64,000 nt of DNA from an uncultured bacterium (GCA_965371515.1 CBDUYR010000003.1:36338-100337); one strand, 5' to 3'. Numbered from the stretch's first letter, positions 35,125 through 44,996 are shown. The notes: generated from the letters alone by a model not told the origin. Translations and numbers: made by a program.

Positions 35125-36420
35125 ATGGCCGATGCATCCATCATCGAGGAGAAGCGCTGGTTCCGGTGGCTGATCCTTCTGATCATCAGCATGCTGATGT
35201 TCGGTTCGTACTACGTCTATGACGCTATGAGCCCGATCAACGACTACATCCAGAACGAGATGAAGATCGACAACACGAAGTTCGGGCTGCTGGCCACATT
35301 TTATTCGCTGCCGAACCTCCTGTTCCTTGTCGTGGTGGCCGGGTTCATCCTCGACAGGATAGGAGTGAAAAAGGCGGGGACCCTGTATGCCTTTCTCATC
35401 CTGTTCGGTTCTCTGGTGACGACTATCGGGGCGGGCAGATCGTTTGCCCTTATGCTCGTCGGCCGCGCCATCTTCGGCATCGGGTCGGAGGCCGCGATCC
35501 TCGTGACGAACAAGGTGCTGGCGAGGTGGTTCAAGGGCAGGGAGCTCGGTTTAGCCTTCGGCCTCAATATAACGGTGATGCGGCTCGGCTCGATACTAGC
35601 GCTGAACAGCGCGGCGCAGATAGCCGATACGTTCGGGTCGTGGCGATATGCGCTATGGGCCGGCACGGCTGTGACACTTGTCTCGTTCCTCCTTTTCCTC
35701 GTATACCTGATGATCGACCGGAACGTCGATTCCGCGATCGAGGGAGGCGTCGAGGAGAAGATCACGATCGGTGATATCAGGAAGCTCGGTTCGGCCTTCT
35801 GGCTCATCTCCTTCCTCTGCGTGACCTTCTACTCGGCGGTATTTCCCTTTACCGTTCACGCGCCGAGGTTCCTTCAGAAGAAGTTCGGTCTGAGCCCGGC
35901 GGCGGGAGGGCAGTACACCTCGTATATAATGGCGGCCTCGATGGTATTCACGCCGATCCTGGGGCTGATGGTGGACAAGTTCGGCCGAAGGGGGAGGATG
36001 ATGATCGCCGGTTCGCTTCTGATCATACCGGCACATCTGCTGCTCGGATTGACACGCGTACACCCCGCCGTCGGCTTCATACTGCTCGGGTGCGCCTTCT
36101 CGCTCGTACCGGCGGCGCTCTGGCCCGCCGTGCCGCTGCTGGTAAGGGAGAAGTTCCTCGGGACTGCATACGGGATCATCGGCTGGGTGCAGAATATCGG
36201 CCTGACGATATTCCCCTTTCTCGCCGGCTATATCGTCGACCAGCAGGGCGACAACGTCGTTCAGGGATACACGAACATGGAATGGATGTTCGCCTCGCTC
36301 AGCATAGCCGGGCTGGTCTTTGCGATCATGTTGCTCGTCGTCGACAAAAGGCACGGCACGGGCCTCGAGCTGCCGACGAGCGTAGCCCAGGCGCAGGCCG
36401 ACGATGCGATGGAGAAGTAG
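35125..36420 (+). CDS. MFS transporter (MFSD1-like)
   Basis: RWLILL..FGSYYVYD..P, YSLPN, GRAIFGIGSE, ARWFKGRELGLAFG, YSAVFPF, SLVPAALWP. Confidence 0.85.
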   Translation: MADASIIEEKRWFRWLILLIISMLMFGSYYVYDAMSPINDYIQNEMKIDNTKFGLLATFYSLPNLLFLVVVAGFILDRIGVKKAGTLYAFLILFGSLVTTIGAGRSFALMLVGRAIFGIGSEAAILVTNKVLARWFKGRELGLAFGLNITVMRLGSILALNSAAQIADTFGSWRYALWAGTAVTLVSFLLFLVYLMIDRNVDSAIEGGVEEKITIGDIRKLGSAFWLISFLCVTFYSAVFPFTVHAPRFLQKKFGLSPAAGGQYTSYIMAASMVFTPILGLMVDKFGRRGRMMIAGSLLIIPAHLLLGLTRVHPAVGFILLGCAFSLVPAALWPAVPLLVREKFLGTAYGIIGWVQNIGLTIFPFLAGYIVDQQGDNVVQGYTNMEWMFASLSIAGLVFAIMLLVVDKRHGTGLELPTSVAQAQADDAMEK

Positions 36421-36463
36421 CTGCGGGCGGATACCCCCGCGATGCTATGAGTGGAAAACATGG

Positions 36464-36498
36464 AGAAAGCGGAGAGCCGCCGGGGCCCTCCGCTTTCT
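36464..36498. terminator. Terminator hairpin, PilX-like copy 1
   Basis: AGAAAGCGGAG...CTCCGCTTTCT inverted repeat. Confidence 0.7.
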
Positions 36499-36540
36499 GT
36501 TATTCAATCATCAGGAGTGGTTCTTATGGGAATGATCGTT

Positions 36541-37809
36541 CTACATCTCCCTCCATGACAGAACGAGAGCGGGCATAGCGCTGTTCAGCGCCCTGGAGAG
36601 CGCCTCGCTGCTGTAGAGGACCGTTGCGTCACCCGAGGCGAAGCTGAAATCGGTCTTCCCGCGCACGATCAGGCTGCCGAGCAGCCATGGAGAACCGGTG
36701 AAGTGCAGGTCTCCCTCCACATATATCAGTCCCTTGTAGACGAAGCTACCGGAGGCATGCAGGTCGCCTGTTACGTAAAGCAGCCCTTCCCCTGTCAGGT
36801 TGCTGTTGATCGTCGCATCCCCGATTATATAGGTTACCCCGTTCAGAGGATCCACGATGCTGGTGTTATCTGCCTTGCCGAGCATCTTCTGGACATCCTT
36901 GACGGGCAATCCGAGCACCTCGTTGATCGAGTAGAAGGGGTTCGTTGCCGCATTGTCTATCGGTACCGGGTCACCCTTAATAACCACGCTTCCCTGCGTC
37001 TGGACCTGGCTGCCCGTCGACGTCACGCCGGAAAGATTTCCGCTGGCGAGGTGGAACCCGTCGCAGGTGGTCCACTTGCCCGTCGACGTGCCGACAGGTG
37101 TATCGTAGGCGTGGTTATGACCGCAGAAACAGGTGCTACCTGTGATCTTGATGTCCTTGTCGACGTAGAGGGCCCCGAGGGTCCGCACCGTCACGGTCTT
37201 CTTCGTGACCTCCGCCTGTACGACACTCGTCCCTTCCGCGGATCGTCCAGTGACCGTCACTATCTCTATCGGATACCCGGTTGTGAAGTTCTCGGGAGGT
37301 ACCGATAACTTATCGTACAGGACGATCTCGTTCGAGTCGCGGATGCCGTCGCTGTTACGATCCTCCCATTTGTGCCGGATCGTGATCACTCCGTCGGTTC
37401 CGCCAGTGACGCTGTAATCCAGGTGGGGCTTCGTGAGATCCTGCAGGGTGCCGGTCGTGACGACCGAGCCACCCCCCGCCGGCGCGGAGGCCGGACTCGT
37501 CAGGTAAATTCTCGCCGTCCAGTTCTGATCGTACGGTTCGCTGTCGGCTATCGCCGCATTCCCCGTCCATCCGCCTACCGTGACATTCGTCGGATCGGGC
37601 AAAGAAAGCCTGTGGATCGCTTCGTTCAATCCGGCCTCAGCCACGAAGAACGACTGCATGGTTCTGCGCTGATTGCCCGAGATCTTCAGATCCATCGATG
37701 AGACCATGGCGAGGGTAGCTCCCATGATCGATATCGCAAACAGGACGAGGAGCGTCATGACGAGGACGCTTCCCTCTTGCCCGAGTCTTATGCATAATGC
37801 CTTTTTCAT
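36541..37809 (-). CDS. PilX-like type IV pilin-family protein, copy 1
   Basis: Prepilin leader ..QEG/SVLVMTLLVL, SFFVAEAGLNEA, beta-helix-like C-terminus (GLLYVTGDL..GLIYVEGD), SWRE end; ATG with AAGGAG. Confidence 0.88.
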   Translation of the reverse strand: MKKALCIRLGQEGSVLVMTLLVLFAISIMGATLAMVSSMDLKISGNQRRTMQSFFVAEAGLNEAIHRLSLPDPTNVTVGGWTGNAAIADSEPYDQNWTARIYLTSPASAPAGGGSVVTTGTLQDLTKPHLDYSVTGGTDGVITIRHKWEDRNSDGIRDSNEIVLYDKLSVPPENFTTGYPIEIVTVTGRSAEGTSVVQAEVTKKTVTVRTLGALYVDKDIKITGSTCFCGHNHAYDTPVGTSTGKWTTCDGFHLASGNLSGVTSTGSQVQTQGSVVIKGDPVPIDNAATNPFYSINEVLGLPVKDVQKMLGKADNTSIVDPLNGVTYIIGDATINSNLTGEGLLYVTGDLHASGSFVYKGLIYVEGDLHFTGSPWLLGSLIVRGKTDFSFASGDATVLYSSEALSRALNSAMPALVLSWREM

Positions 37810-37876
37810 GGGGCACCACTCCTTATGCATTTAACCCTGCTACAAGCCTTATTTCCCACGCTCAAAGACATCTGTT

Positions 37877-37892
37877 TGCAAGAAACATTCCG
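37877..37892 (-). promoter_or_regulatory. sigma54 (-24/-12) promoter, copy 1
   Basis: Minus strand cGG-AATGTTTCTT-GCA (GG-N10-GC). Confidence 0.6.
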
Positions 37893-38194
37893 AATAACAT
37901 ACTGATAAAGTCAGTTATTTTCACCAAATCTGCTAAAATGATGCGGGATGTTCCATATTGCTGCACTTGATATCCAGTAATGGCGGAATATGCCTTCATA
38001 AAAAATGCCGGGTATAGTGAATGAGGGCCGATCAGTAAAAGACTGTTTACGGATGGGGTCAGTCCTTTACGTATATAAGGATCTTCTGAGTACGGAAACC
38101 TGGCGTATATAGGGCTTTTTGCCTATGGGCTGGGCTTTATAAGAGTGTTCTGTCGACGGCAGACTGGTGGATACTCCCGCGATACGGGCGGAGA

Positions 38195-38242
38195 AATAAC
38201 AGGAAAGCGGAGAGCCGGGGGGCCCTCCGCTTTCCTGTTATT
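38195..38242. terminator. Terminator hairpin, PilX-like copy 2
   Basis: AATAACAGGAAAGCGGAG...CTCCGCTTTCCTGTTATT long inverted repeat. Confidence 0.75.
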
Positions 38243-38278
38243 CAGTAGTCAGGAGCGGTTCTGAAGGGAACGATCGTT

Positions 38279-39547
38279 CTACTTCTCCCTCCATGACAGG
38301 ACGAGAGCGGGCATCGAGCTGTTCAGCGCCCTGGAGAGCGCCTCGCTGCTGTAGAGGACCGCGGCGTTACCCGCACTGAAGTTGAAATCACTCGTCCCGC
38401 GGACGACCAGGCTGCCGAGCAGCCATGGATTACCGGTGATGTGTACGTCTCCCTCCACATATATCAGTCCCTTGAAGGTGAAGTCACCGGCGGCATACAG
38501 GTCGCCTGTTATGTAAATCAGTCCTTCTCCGGTCACGTTGCTGTTGATCGTCGCATCCCCGATTATATATGTTATCCCGTTCAGAGGATTTACAATGCTG
38601 TTGTTATCGGCCTTGCTGAGAATCCTCTGCACATCCTTGACGGACAATCCGAGCACCTCGCCGAGCGCGTAGAAGGGGTTTGTCGATGCGTTATCGATCG
38701 GTATGGGATCGCCCCTCACGTCTGAGCTGCCCTGGACGGTGACCACGTCGCCCGTCGACGTCACGCCGGGCAGATGTCCGCTCGTGTTGTGGAATGTGCC
38801 GCAGTTGCTAAACGTACCTGTTCTCGTGCCGACAGGCGTATCGTAGCCGTGGTCATTGCCGCAGAAACAGCTGTTACCTGTGAGCTTGACGGCCTTGTCG
38901 ACGTAGAGGGCCCCGAGGGTCCGCACCGTCACGGTCTTCTTTGTGATCTCCGCCTCGACCACACTCTGCCCGTCCGCGGATCGTCCAGTGACCGTTACCA
39001 CCTCTACCGGATACCCGTTCGTGAAGTTCTCGGGAGGCACCGCGAGCTTGTCGTACCGGACGATCTCGTTCGAGTCGCGGATGCCGTCGCCGTTACGATC
39101 CTCCCATTTGTGCCGGATCGTGATCACTCCGTCGGTTCCGCTCGGAACACTGTAATCCAGATGTGGCTGCGTGAGATCCTGCAGGGTGCCGGTCGTGACT
39201 ATCGAGCCACCACCCGCCGGCGCGGAGGCCGGGCTGGTCAGGTATATCCTCGCCGTCCAGTTCGGATCGTACGGTTCCGTGTCGGCTATCGCCGCATTCC
39301 CCGTCCATCCGCCTACCGTGACATTCGTCGGATCGGGCAAAGAGAGTCTGTGAATCGCTTCGTTCAATCCGGCTTCGGCCACGAAGAAGGACTGCGTGGT
39401 CTTACGCTGGTTACCCGAGATCTTCAGATCCATAGAGGAGACCATGGCGAGCGTACCCCCCATGACCGAGATCGCGAACAGTACGAGGAGCGTCATTACG
39501 AGAACGCTTCCCTCTTGTCCGAGCCTTATACACAGTACTTTCTTCAT
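38279..39547 (-). CDS. PilX-like type IV pilin-family protein, copy 2
   Basis: Colinear, highly similar paralog of 36541-37809. Confidence 0.9.
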   Translation of the reverse strand: MKKVLCIRLGQEGSVLVMTLLVLFAISVMGGTLAMVSSMDLKISGNQRKTTQSFFVAEAGLNEAIHRLSLPDPTNVTVGGWTGNAAIADTEPYDPNWTARIYLTSPASAPAGGGSIVTTGTLQDLTQPHLDYSVPSGTDGVITIRHKWEDRNGDGIRDSNEIVRYDKLAVPPENFTNGYPVEVVTVTGRSADGQSVVEAEITKKTVTVRTLGALYVDKAVKLTGNSCFCGNDHGYDTPVGTRTGTFSNCGTFHNTSGHLPGVTSTGDVVTVQGSSDVRGDPIPIDNASTNPFYALGEVLGLSVKDVQRILSKADNNSIVNPLNGITYIIGDATINSNVTGEGLIYITGDLYAAGDFTFKGLIYVEGDVHITGNPWLLGSLVVRGTSDFNFSAGNAAVLYSSEALSRALNSSMPALVLSWREK

Positions 39548-39613
39548 CTTTCACCGCTCCTTGTGCAATCGACCCTGCTTCAAGCCGTGTTGCCCACGCA
39601 CAACGAGATGTTG

Positions 39614-39629
39614 AGCAGAAAATGTACCA
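39614..39629 (-). promoter_or_regulatory. sigma54 (-24/-12) promoter, copy 2
   Basis: Minus strand TGG-TACATTTTCT-GCT (GG-N10-GC), same position relative to the start as in copy 1. Confidence 0.65.
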
Positions 39630-39895
39630 AACAGCAGATTGGAAAAGTGGAATATTCCCACCTGATTCTCACGAGGCAGGCGAAGCGATGCTTAAGATTC
39701 CTCACCGTTACAAACAATATCCGATTGTGACGAAAAGTGCTTTCGAGAATAATTTTGATTTTGTTGCGGACGATAAAAGGTCAGTAAATGCCTGTTTACG
39801 CAAGGAGTCAGTATTTTACGTCATAAGGAATCCATGGCATGGGCAATCTGACCGATATGTTGCTCTTTGCTTCTGGGTAGATACCCCCACGAAAA

Positions 39896-42800
39896 TTACC
39901 CGGCTGTGATCCTCAGCAGATCCTCTTCGAGGGTGCCCTCGGGTGTCTCCTCGATCCTTCCCAGTTCCTTCCCGTCGCGGTAAAAGATGAACGTGGCGAC
40001 CCTCTCGACGCCGTAGTACTTCTTCACGGCGTTCGACCAGTCGAGCAGCTTCTGGTCTATGCCCATCTTCACGGTGAACCTCGAACTTCCGACGGCCATC
40101 ATCTCGATGTCGTCGACGGGGTATCCGATCTGCTCCAGGATCTTCCAGAGACGCGGGACCTCGCGGCGCGAGTCGCCGCACCACGTCCCGAAGACGATCT
40201 TGATGTCGACGTCGAACATGCCGTCCTCGAGTGCGGCTACGGTCTCCCCGTCCGGTTCGTACTCGAAATAGTCCCTGTCCCAGTCAGTGAGATGGGTGGT
40301 TATGCTCTCCCTGGTGACGTTCCCGAAGAGGACCGTTCCGCGGTCCTCGATCTCGACCGTTGTTGCTTCCATCTCTCCGGGCTCCACGGTCTCGCCGTCT
40401 TCCGGCGGGTACGTCGAGTTCCACCACTCCGGCTCTTCCTTGAGATACTTGTCGAACCAGGAGATGATCGCGTCGTTCCAGATCTTCCTCTTCTTGTAGT
40501 CGATGATGAAATGATGCTGTTCCGCGAAGCGCAGGTACTCGACCTCCCTGCCGAGGATCTTCAGGGCTGTGTACATCTGTTCGCTTTCGCCGGGCGGGAC
40601 GTTCGTGTCGGAGCCTCCGTGCAGGAGCAGGAGGGGAGTGACGACCCTGTCCGCGTGGAAGAGCGGGCTCTGATCGACGTATAACTCCGGGTTATTCCAT
40701 GGGTAGCTCTCGGCCGCGGCGACGGCGTTGTAGGAGTATCCCCAGTATCCCTCGCCCCAGTAGCTGGGGATCATGCTGATACCGGCGTGCGAGACGGCGG
40801 CGGCATAGATGTCGGTCTTCGTGACGAGCAGCTGCGTCATGAATCCGCCGAACGAGGCGCCGATGCAGCCGACGCTCCCCGGATCGACGAACGGGTGGGC
40901 CTCGAGGAACTTCTTTGTTCCCTCGATGATCTCGTCGGCGACGATGGTCCCCCACTCGTTGACGTGCCTGGCCGACCACTCCTGCCCGAATCCGGTCGCC
41001 CCGCTGGGCTGAAGTACGTAGACGACGTATCCCATCGCCGCCCAGAGGTTCTTCGGATACCTGCCGCCGAACGTCCTGTCGACAGGGGCGGTACCGCCGT
41101 AGTAATAGACAATGCACGGATATGTCTTGCCCGCGTCGAAACCGGGAGGATAGTGGACGCGCCCGACTATCTCACGGCCCGCGGTCGATTCGAAATGCCA
41201 GGGCTCGACCTTACCGAGCTTCACGTGCCTGAACAGCTCCGCCCCCGGTTCGTCGATCGTCCTGACCTTCGGCTTCGATGATTTCAGCTCGACCGAGTAG
41301 ATGCGCTGCGGGTGTGTGGCGCTGGAGCCGGTGAATACGCCGACCGACTTCGTCTCGGCGAGATCACCTGACCTGATGACGTCGACGCCGAGATCGAGCG
41401 TGCTGAATTTTCCTTTCTTCGGATCGTACCTGAAGAGCTTCACGTACTCGGTTTCCTCGGCGACGATGTAGATCTTCCCGTCGAACTTTGCCCAGATCGC
41501 TCTTTTCACCGCGGGGTCGAAGTCCTTCGTGATCGGCTCGGCCTGTTTCGTATCCGGGTCGAATATATAGATCTGCTTGTCGTAATCGTTGGGGATGACG
41601 CCTTCGGGTACGTCCGTGCCGCTCTCCCCGAATGTGGAGGGTCCGCCGGTGACGAGTATCTTCCCGCCGTCGGGCGACCACTGGACCGATTCGAGCCAGT
41701 GCCCCTCGAAGAGCTGCTCGACGCTCTGGTCGCGAAGGTCCATCAGCACGATCTCGGAGGTCTCGAAGGGCCTCTCGGCGAGATCCTCCCAGCTGCGCCC
41801 GATCAGCACGCGGTCGCCGTCGGGATGGATATCGTATACATACGAACTGTATTTGCCGGCGGCGAGTTGTCTCGAGACTCCGCCCGGTATCGACATTATG
41901 TGGAGGGAGGACTTTGTCCTGCCGCTGGACGTCCTGTCATATATCCCGAGGTGCCTCTTGACGCCTTTTTTGTCATCTTCGGGTTTCTCCGTCATCGAGT
42001 AGATGATCAAGTCGCCGGCCGGACTCCAGTCGTACCCGCCGAAATCCTTCCCGAGGTCCTCGATCAGGGTCTCTGTAGATCCGGTTTCCATGTCGAGTGC
42101 CCTGAACCGGCCCCCCGAGATGTAGGATATCTTCCTGCTGCCGGGGATCCACTGAGTGCTCCCGATCTGCGTATCCATGATCCTGTTGACGAGATCGCCT
42201 CCGGGGAGGCTTCTGATCTCGATCCATCTCTCCCGCCTGCCGTCAGGCGGGACGAAACGGCTGATATTAATGATCACGAGGCTTCCGTCGGGCGAGACGT
42301 CGACGCCGCGCGCGCCGGGTGCGTCCATGATCTGCGACAGCGTCATCCCGGTAGTCGGGTCGAGCGAAACGACCGGTATCTCCTCGAAATCCTCGCCCGC
42401 CGCCAGTTTCGCGTCGAAGTTCCAGTCCCTGGCGGTGTCGGCCGGCATATAGACGGCTTTTGCAAGGATGAGGTGTTTTCCCTTCTCGAGCTTTGCGTTT
42501 CCGTTCTTTTCGCTGCCGCCGCCACTGGCGTCTTTTATCACCGATCTGCCGTCGATGAAGATCTCGAACGGATCGCTCGAGCTCGCCTCGAGATCGACCT
42601 CCATCCATCTCGGCACTTCGATCCAGGCGGCCAGCCAGACTATGCCGGGAGCGGAACCCTCATGAGAGAGCGAAACGCCGCCGGTGTCTGTGGAAGCGAA
42701 GCTCCAGGCGGCCTCACCGAAGCCGGGGATACCTTCGACGCCGCCCTCTGCGGGGATCAGGCCGGCAGTATCGAGATGGTCGTAGCCGAGCAGCCAGGAC

Positions 42801-42988
42801 GCGTCGAATTTCTTCTTCGATTCATCGTGAAAGGCCGGAAGGGGAACGGGGACCGGGCCGAGAACGAGCCAGTCCAGAATCCTCGTGAATCTTTCTTCGG
42901 CCGGATCCGCCGACGCAGTCAAAGACGGAGCGATCACAGCCAGCGCGATAATGGATATTGCCAGGAGTCTTCTCGTGAAGGAGGACAT
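39896..42988 (-). CDS. S9 (prolyl oligopeptidase/acylaminoacyl-peptidase family) peptidase with C-terminal thioredoxin-like domain
   Basis: Signal peptide, beta-propeller (WSPDG), GASFGG nucleophile, LLHGGSDTNVP, QHH; C-terminal VFGTWCGDS..VATFIFYRDGKELGRI. Confidence 0.9.
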   Translation of the reverse strand: MSSFTRRLLAISIIALAVIAPSLTASADPAEERFTRILDWLVLGPVPVPLPAFHDESKKKFDASWLLGYDHLDTAGLIPAEGGVEGIPGFGEAAWSFASTDTGGVSLSHEGSAPGIVWLAAWIEVPRWMEVDLEASSSDPFEIFIDGRSVIKDASGGGSEKNGNAKLEKGKHLILAKAVYMPADTARDWNFDAKLAAGEDFEEIPVVSLDPTTGMTLSQIMDAPGARGVDVSPDGSLVIINISRFVPPDGRRERWIEIRSLPGGDLVNRIMDTQIGSTQWIPGSRKISYISGGRFRALDMETGSTETLIEDLGKDFGGYDWSPAGDLIIYSMTEKPEDDKKGVKRHLGIYDRTSSGRTKSSLHIMSIPGGVSRQLAAGKYSSYVYDIHPDGDRVLIGRSWEDLAERPFETSEIVLMDLRDQSVEQLFEGHWLESVQWSPDGGKILVTGGPSTFGESGTDVPEGVIPNDYDKQIYIFDPDTKQAEPITKDFDPAVKRAIWAKFDGKIYIVAEETEYVKLFRYDPKKGKFSTLDLGVDVIRSGDLAETKSVGVFTGSSATHPQRIYSVELKSSKPKVRTIDEPGAELFRHVKLGKVEPWHFESTAGREIVGRVHYPPGFDAGKTYPCIVYYYGGTAPVDRTFGGRYPKNLWAAMGYVVYVLQPSGATGFGQEWSARHVNEWGTIVADEIIEGTKKFLEAHPFVDPGSVGCIGASFGGFMTQLLVTKTDIYAAAVSHAGISMIPSYWGEGYWGYSYNAVAAAESYPWNNPELYVDQSPLFHADRVVTPLLLLHGGSDTNVPPGESEQMYTALKILGREVEYLRFAEQHHFIIDYKKRKIWNDAIISWFDKYLKEEPEWWNSTYPPEDGETVEPGEMEATTVEIEDRGTVLFGNVTRESITTHLTDWDRDYFEYEPDGETVAALEDGMFDVDIKIVFGTWCGDSRREVPRLWKILEQIGYPVDDIEMMAVGSSRFTVKMGIDQKLLDWSNAVKKYYGVERVATFIFYRDGKELGRIEETPEGTLEEDLLRITAG

Positions 42989-43222
42989 GTGGGCCCTTTC
43001 TGTTTAAGAGGCAGCCATCCCGCCGGCGGCGGGACTGGCGTCCGTGAAATTCGTAATGGCGGCCGACCATCGCCGCGGTCACAGGATAATACAGGCCCGG
43101 CGGGTCGTTTTCAAGTGTGAGATGGTTGTAGAGCGGCCGGAAAATCGTTAAAGCGTACTTGTCCGGCAGGCCCGATGTAGATATATTCTCCGGGTTACGT
43201 CAATCCTGGAAAGGAGCCCCGG

Positions 43223-43738
43223 ATGTCATTCAGAAGGATCGCGCTGATACTGATCCCGGTCGCCCTGCTCGCCGGATGCGGCGGCGGAGAAGTCGAGACC
43301 GGCAAGACCAACACCTGGATGTCCTTTGAAAATGGGATGGAGCTCGCCCGCAGCCTGGACAGACCGGTTGTGATCGATTTCTATACGTCGTGGTGCCGGT
43401 GGTGCAAGGTGATGGACAAGGAAACCTTCAGGAACGAGACGGTGGCCTCATACCTGAACGAGCACTTTATTTCTATCAGGCTCAACGCGGAGAAGAAGAC
43501 CGGCAGGCTCGAGTACGGGGGGCGGAACTACACGCCGGCCGGCCTCGCCAGGGCATTCAAGGTCAGAGGATATCCTTCGATCGCCTATCTGGACGGAAAC
43601 GGGAAGTTGATCTTCGTCGATGCGGGGTTCAAGAAACCCGACCAGTTCATGGTCAACCTCGCCTACGTCAAGAGCGAGTGTTACGAGAAGGATGTCTCGA
43701 TAGAGGAGTTCAGGAGGCGGGGCGGGAAGTGCGACTGA
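43223..43738 (+). CDS. Thioredoxin-fold lipoprotein (SoxW-like)
   Basis: Lipobox LAGC; DFYTSWCRWCKVM; VRGYPS. Confidence 0.88.
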   Translation: MSFRRIALILIPVALLAGCGGGEVETGKTNTWMSFENGMELARSLDRPVVIDFYTSWCRWCKVMDKETFRNETVASYLNEHFISIRLNAEKKTGRLEYGGRNYTPAGLARAFKVRGYPSIAYLDGNGKLIFVDAGFKKPDQFMVNLAYVKSECYEKDVSIEEFRRRGGKCD

Positions 43739-43893
43739 ACGGATGCAGGGCGGCATATGCGGCCGGGCGCGCCGGTTTCGCCCGAAATACTTTCCGGTCC
43801 CTGACAAAACGGTGACTTGCGCCCGGGCCCGGTGCGGGCATATCATACGAATCGTCAGAACGATTCCTCAGATAATAGAAAAGGAAGGCAGAG

Positions 43894-44979
43894 ATGAAGA
43901 TAGGAGTGCTTACCGGCGGCGGAGACGCTCCCGGACTCAACGCGGCGGTCGCCGGAGTCGTGGAACGCGCGACGATGTGCGGATACAAAGTGCTTGGCCT
44001 GAAGAGGGGCTGGGAAGCGATCTCGGTGAAGGATAACGCGAACCATCTCGTCGAGCTCGGCCCCGAGATCATCAGAGAATTCAGTCGTATGGGCGGAAGC
44101 AAGCTGCAGTGCAGCAGGACCAATCCCGTCTCCGAGAAGAATGACAGGACTGATATCGTGAAGGAGAACATGAAGAAGCTCGGGCTCGACGCCATCGTGG
44201 CTATCGGCGGGGAAGACACGCTCGGCGCTGCGTCGGTTCTCTTCGAACGAGGGATTCCAGTGGTCGGTATCCCCAAGACGATCGACCGGGATCTCTACGG
44301 CACGGAATACTCCCTCGGATACGATACGGCTCTCAACGTCATCTGCGAGAGCGTGCAGCGGATAGCGCATTCGGCAGAGTCTCACCAGACGGTCTTCTTT
44401 CTCGAAGTGATGGGAAGGCACGCCGGCTGGCTTGCCCTGCGAGGCGGAGAAGCGGCATTCGCCGACATCATCCTGATACCGGAGTATCCCCTGGACGTCG
44501 GTCATCTCAAGGAGATACTGCGCGAACAGCTCGAGACGAGCCGCGAACAGGGATTCGACCAGATCTACAAGATGATCGTCGTATCGGAAGGCGCGCACAT
44601 AGAGGGCGAGGAGGAGGTCCGAAAGGACACCAAGCTCGACGAGTTCGGCCACTACAGCCTCGGTGGAGTGGGGAACTACCTCAAGGGCCTTCTCGAGCAC
44701 GATTTCCGTCACACGAGATACACCGCTCTGGCCTATCTCCAGCGCGGCGCCCAGCCGACGCAGAAGGACAGGGCAATGGGCAGGCGGTTCGGGCACAACG
44801 CCGTCGAGATGATAAAGAACGGCGATTTCGGGTTTTACGTGGGGGTCCAGAGGGCGAGGCTGGTCAAGGTCCCTCTGCCGGAGATATGGAAATCCCCGAG
44901 CCTCGTCGACGTGGAGAAGCACTATAACACGGAGAGGCTCAACGTAAAGCAGCAGTGGACCACCGACAATGAGGAATAA
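43894..44979 (+). CDS. pfkA: 6-phosphofructokinase (PfkA family, probably PPi/mixed-substrate type)
   Basis: GVLTGGGDAPGLNA, IGGEDT, PKTID, EVMGRHAGW, QRG. Confidence 0.9.
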   Translation: MKIGVLTGGGDAPGLNAAVAGVVERATMCGYKVLGLKRGWEAISVKDNANHLVELGPEIIREFSRMGGSKLQCSRTNPVSEKNDRTDIVKENMKKLGLDAIVAIGGEDTLGAASVLFERGIPVVGIPKTIDRDLYGTEYSLGYDTALNVICESVQRIAHSAESHQTVFFLEVMGRHAGWLALRGGEAAFADIILIPEYPLDVGHLKEILREQLETSREQGFDQIYKMIVVSEGAHIEGEEEVRKDTKLDEFGHYSLGGVGNYLKGLLEHDFRHTRYTALAYLQRGAQPTQKDRAMGRRFGHNAVEMIKNGDFGFYVGVQRARLVKVPLPEIWKSPSLVDVEKHYNTERLNVKQQWTTDNEE

Positions 44980-44996
44980 TCGCCCGGGGGTTGCCG

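Larger units (their letters stand above)
36429..39893. repeat. Tandem duplication of a ~1.74-kb unit (terminator + pilin gene + promoter region)
   Basis: Colinear similarity with an offset of ~1738 bp; short motif GGATACCCCCGCGAT-like at 36429, 38169 and 39879 brackets the units. Confidence 0.85.

Noticed and set aside
22157..39547. Diversity-generating retroelement explaining the near-identical gene pairs
   Set aside because: No reverse transcriptase in the window; both copies of each pair are full genes and the differences are not adenine-restricted.
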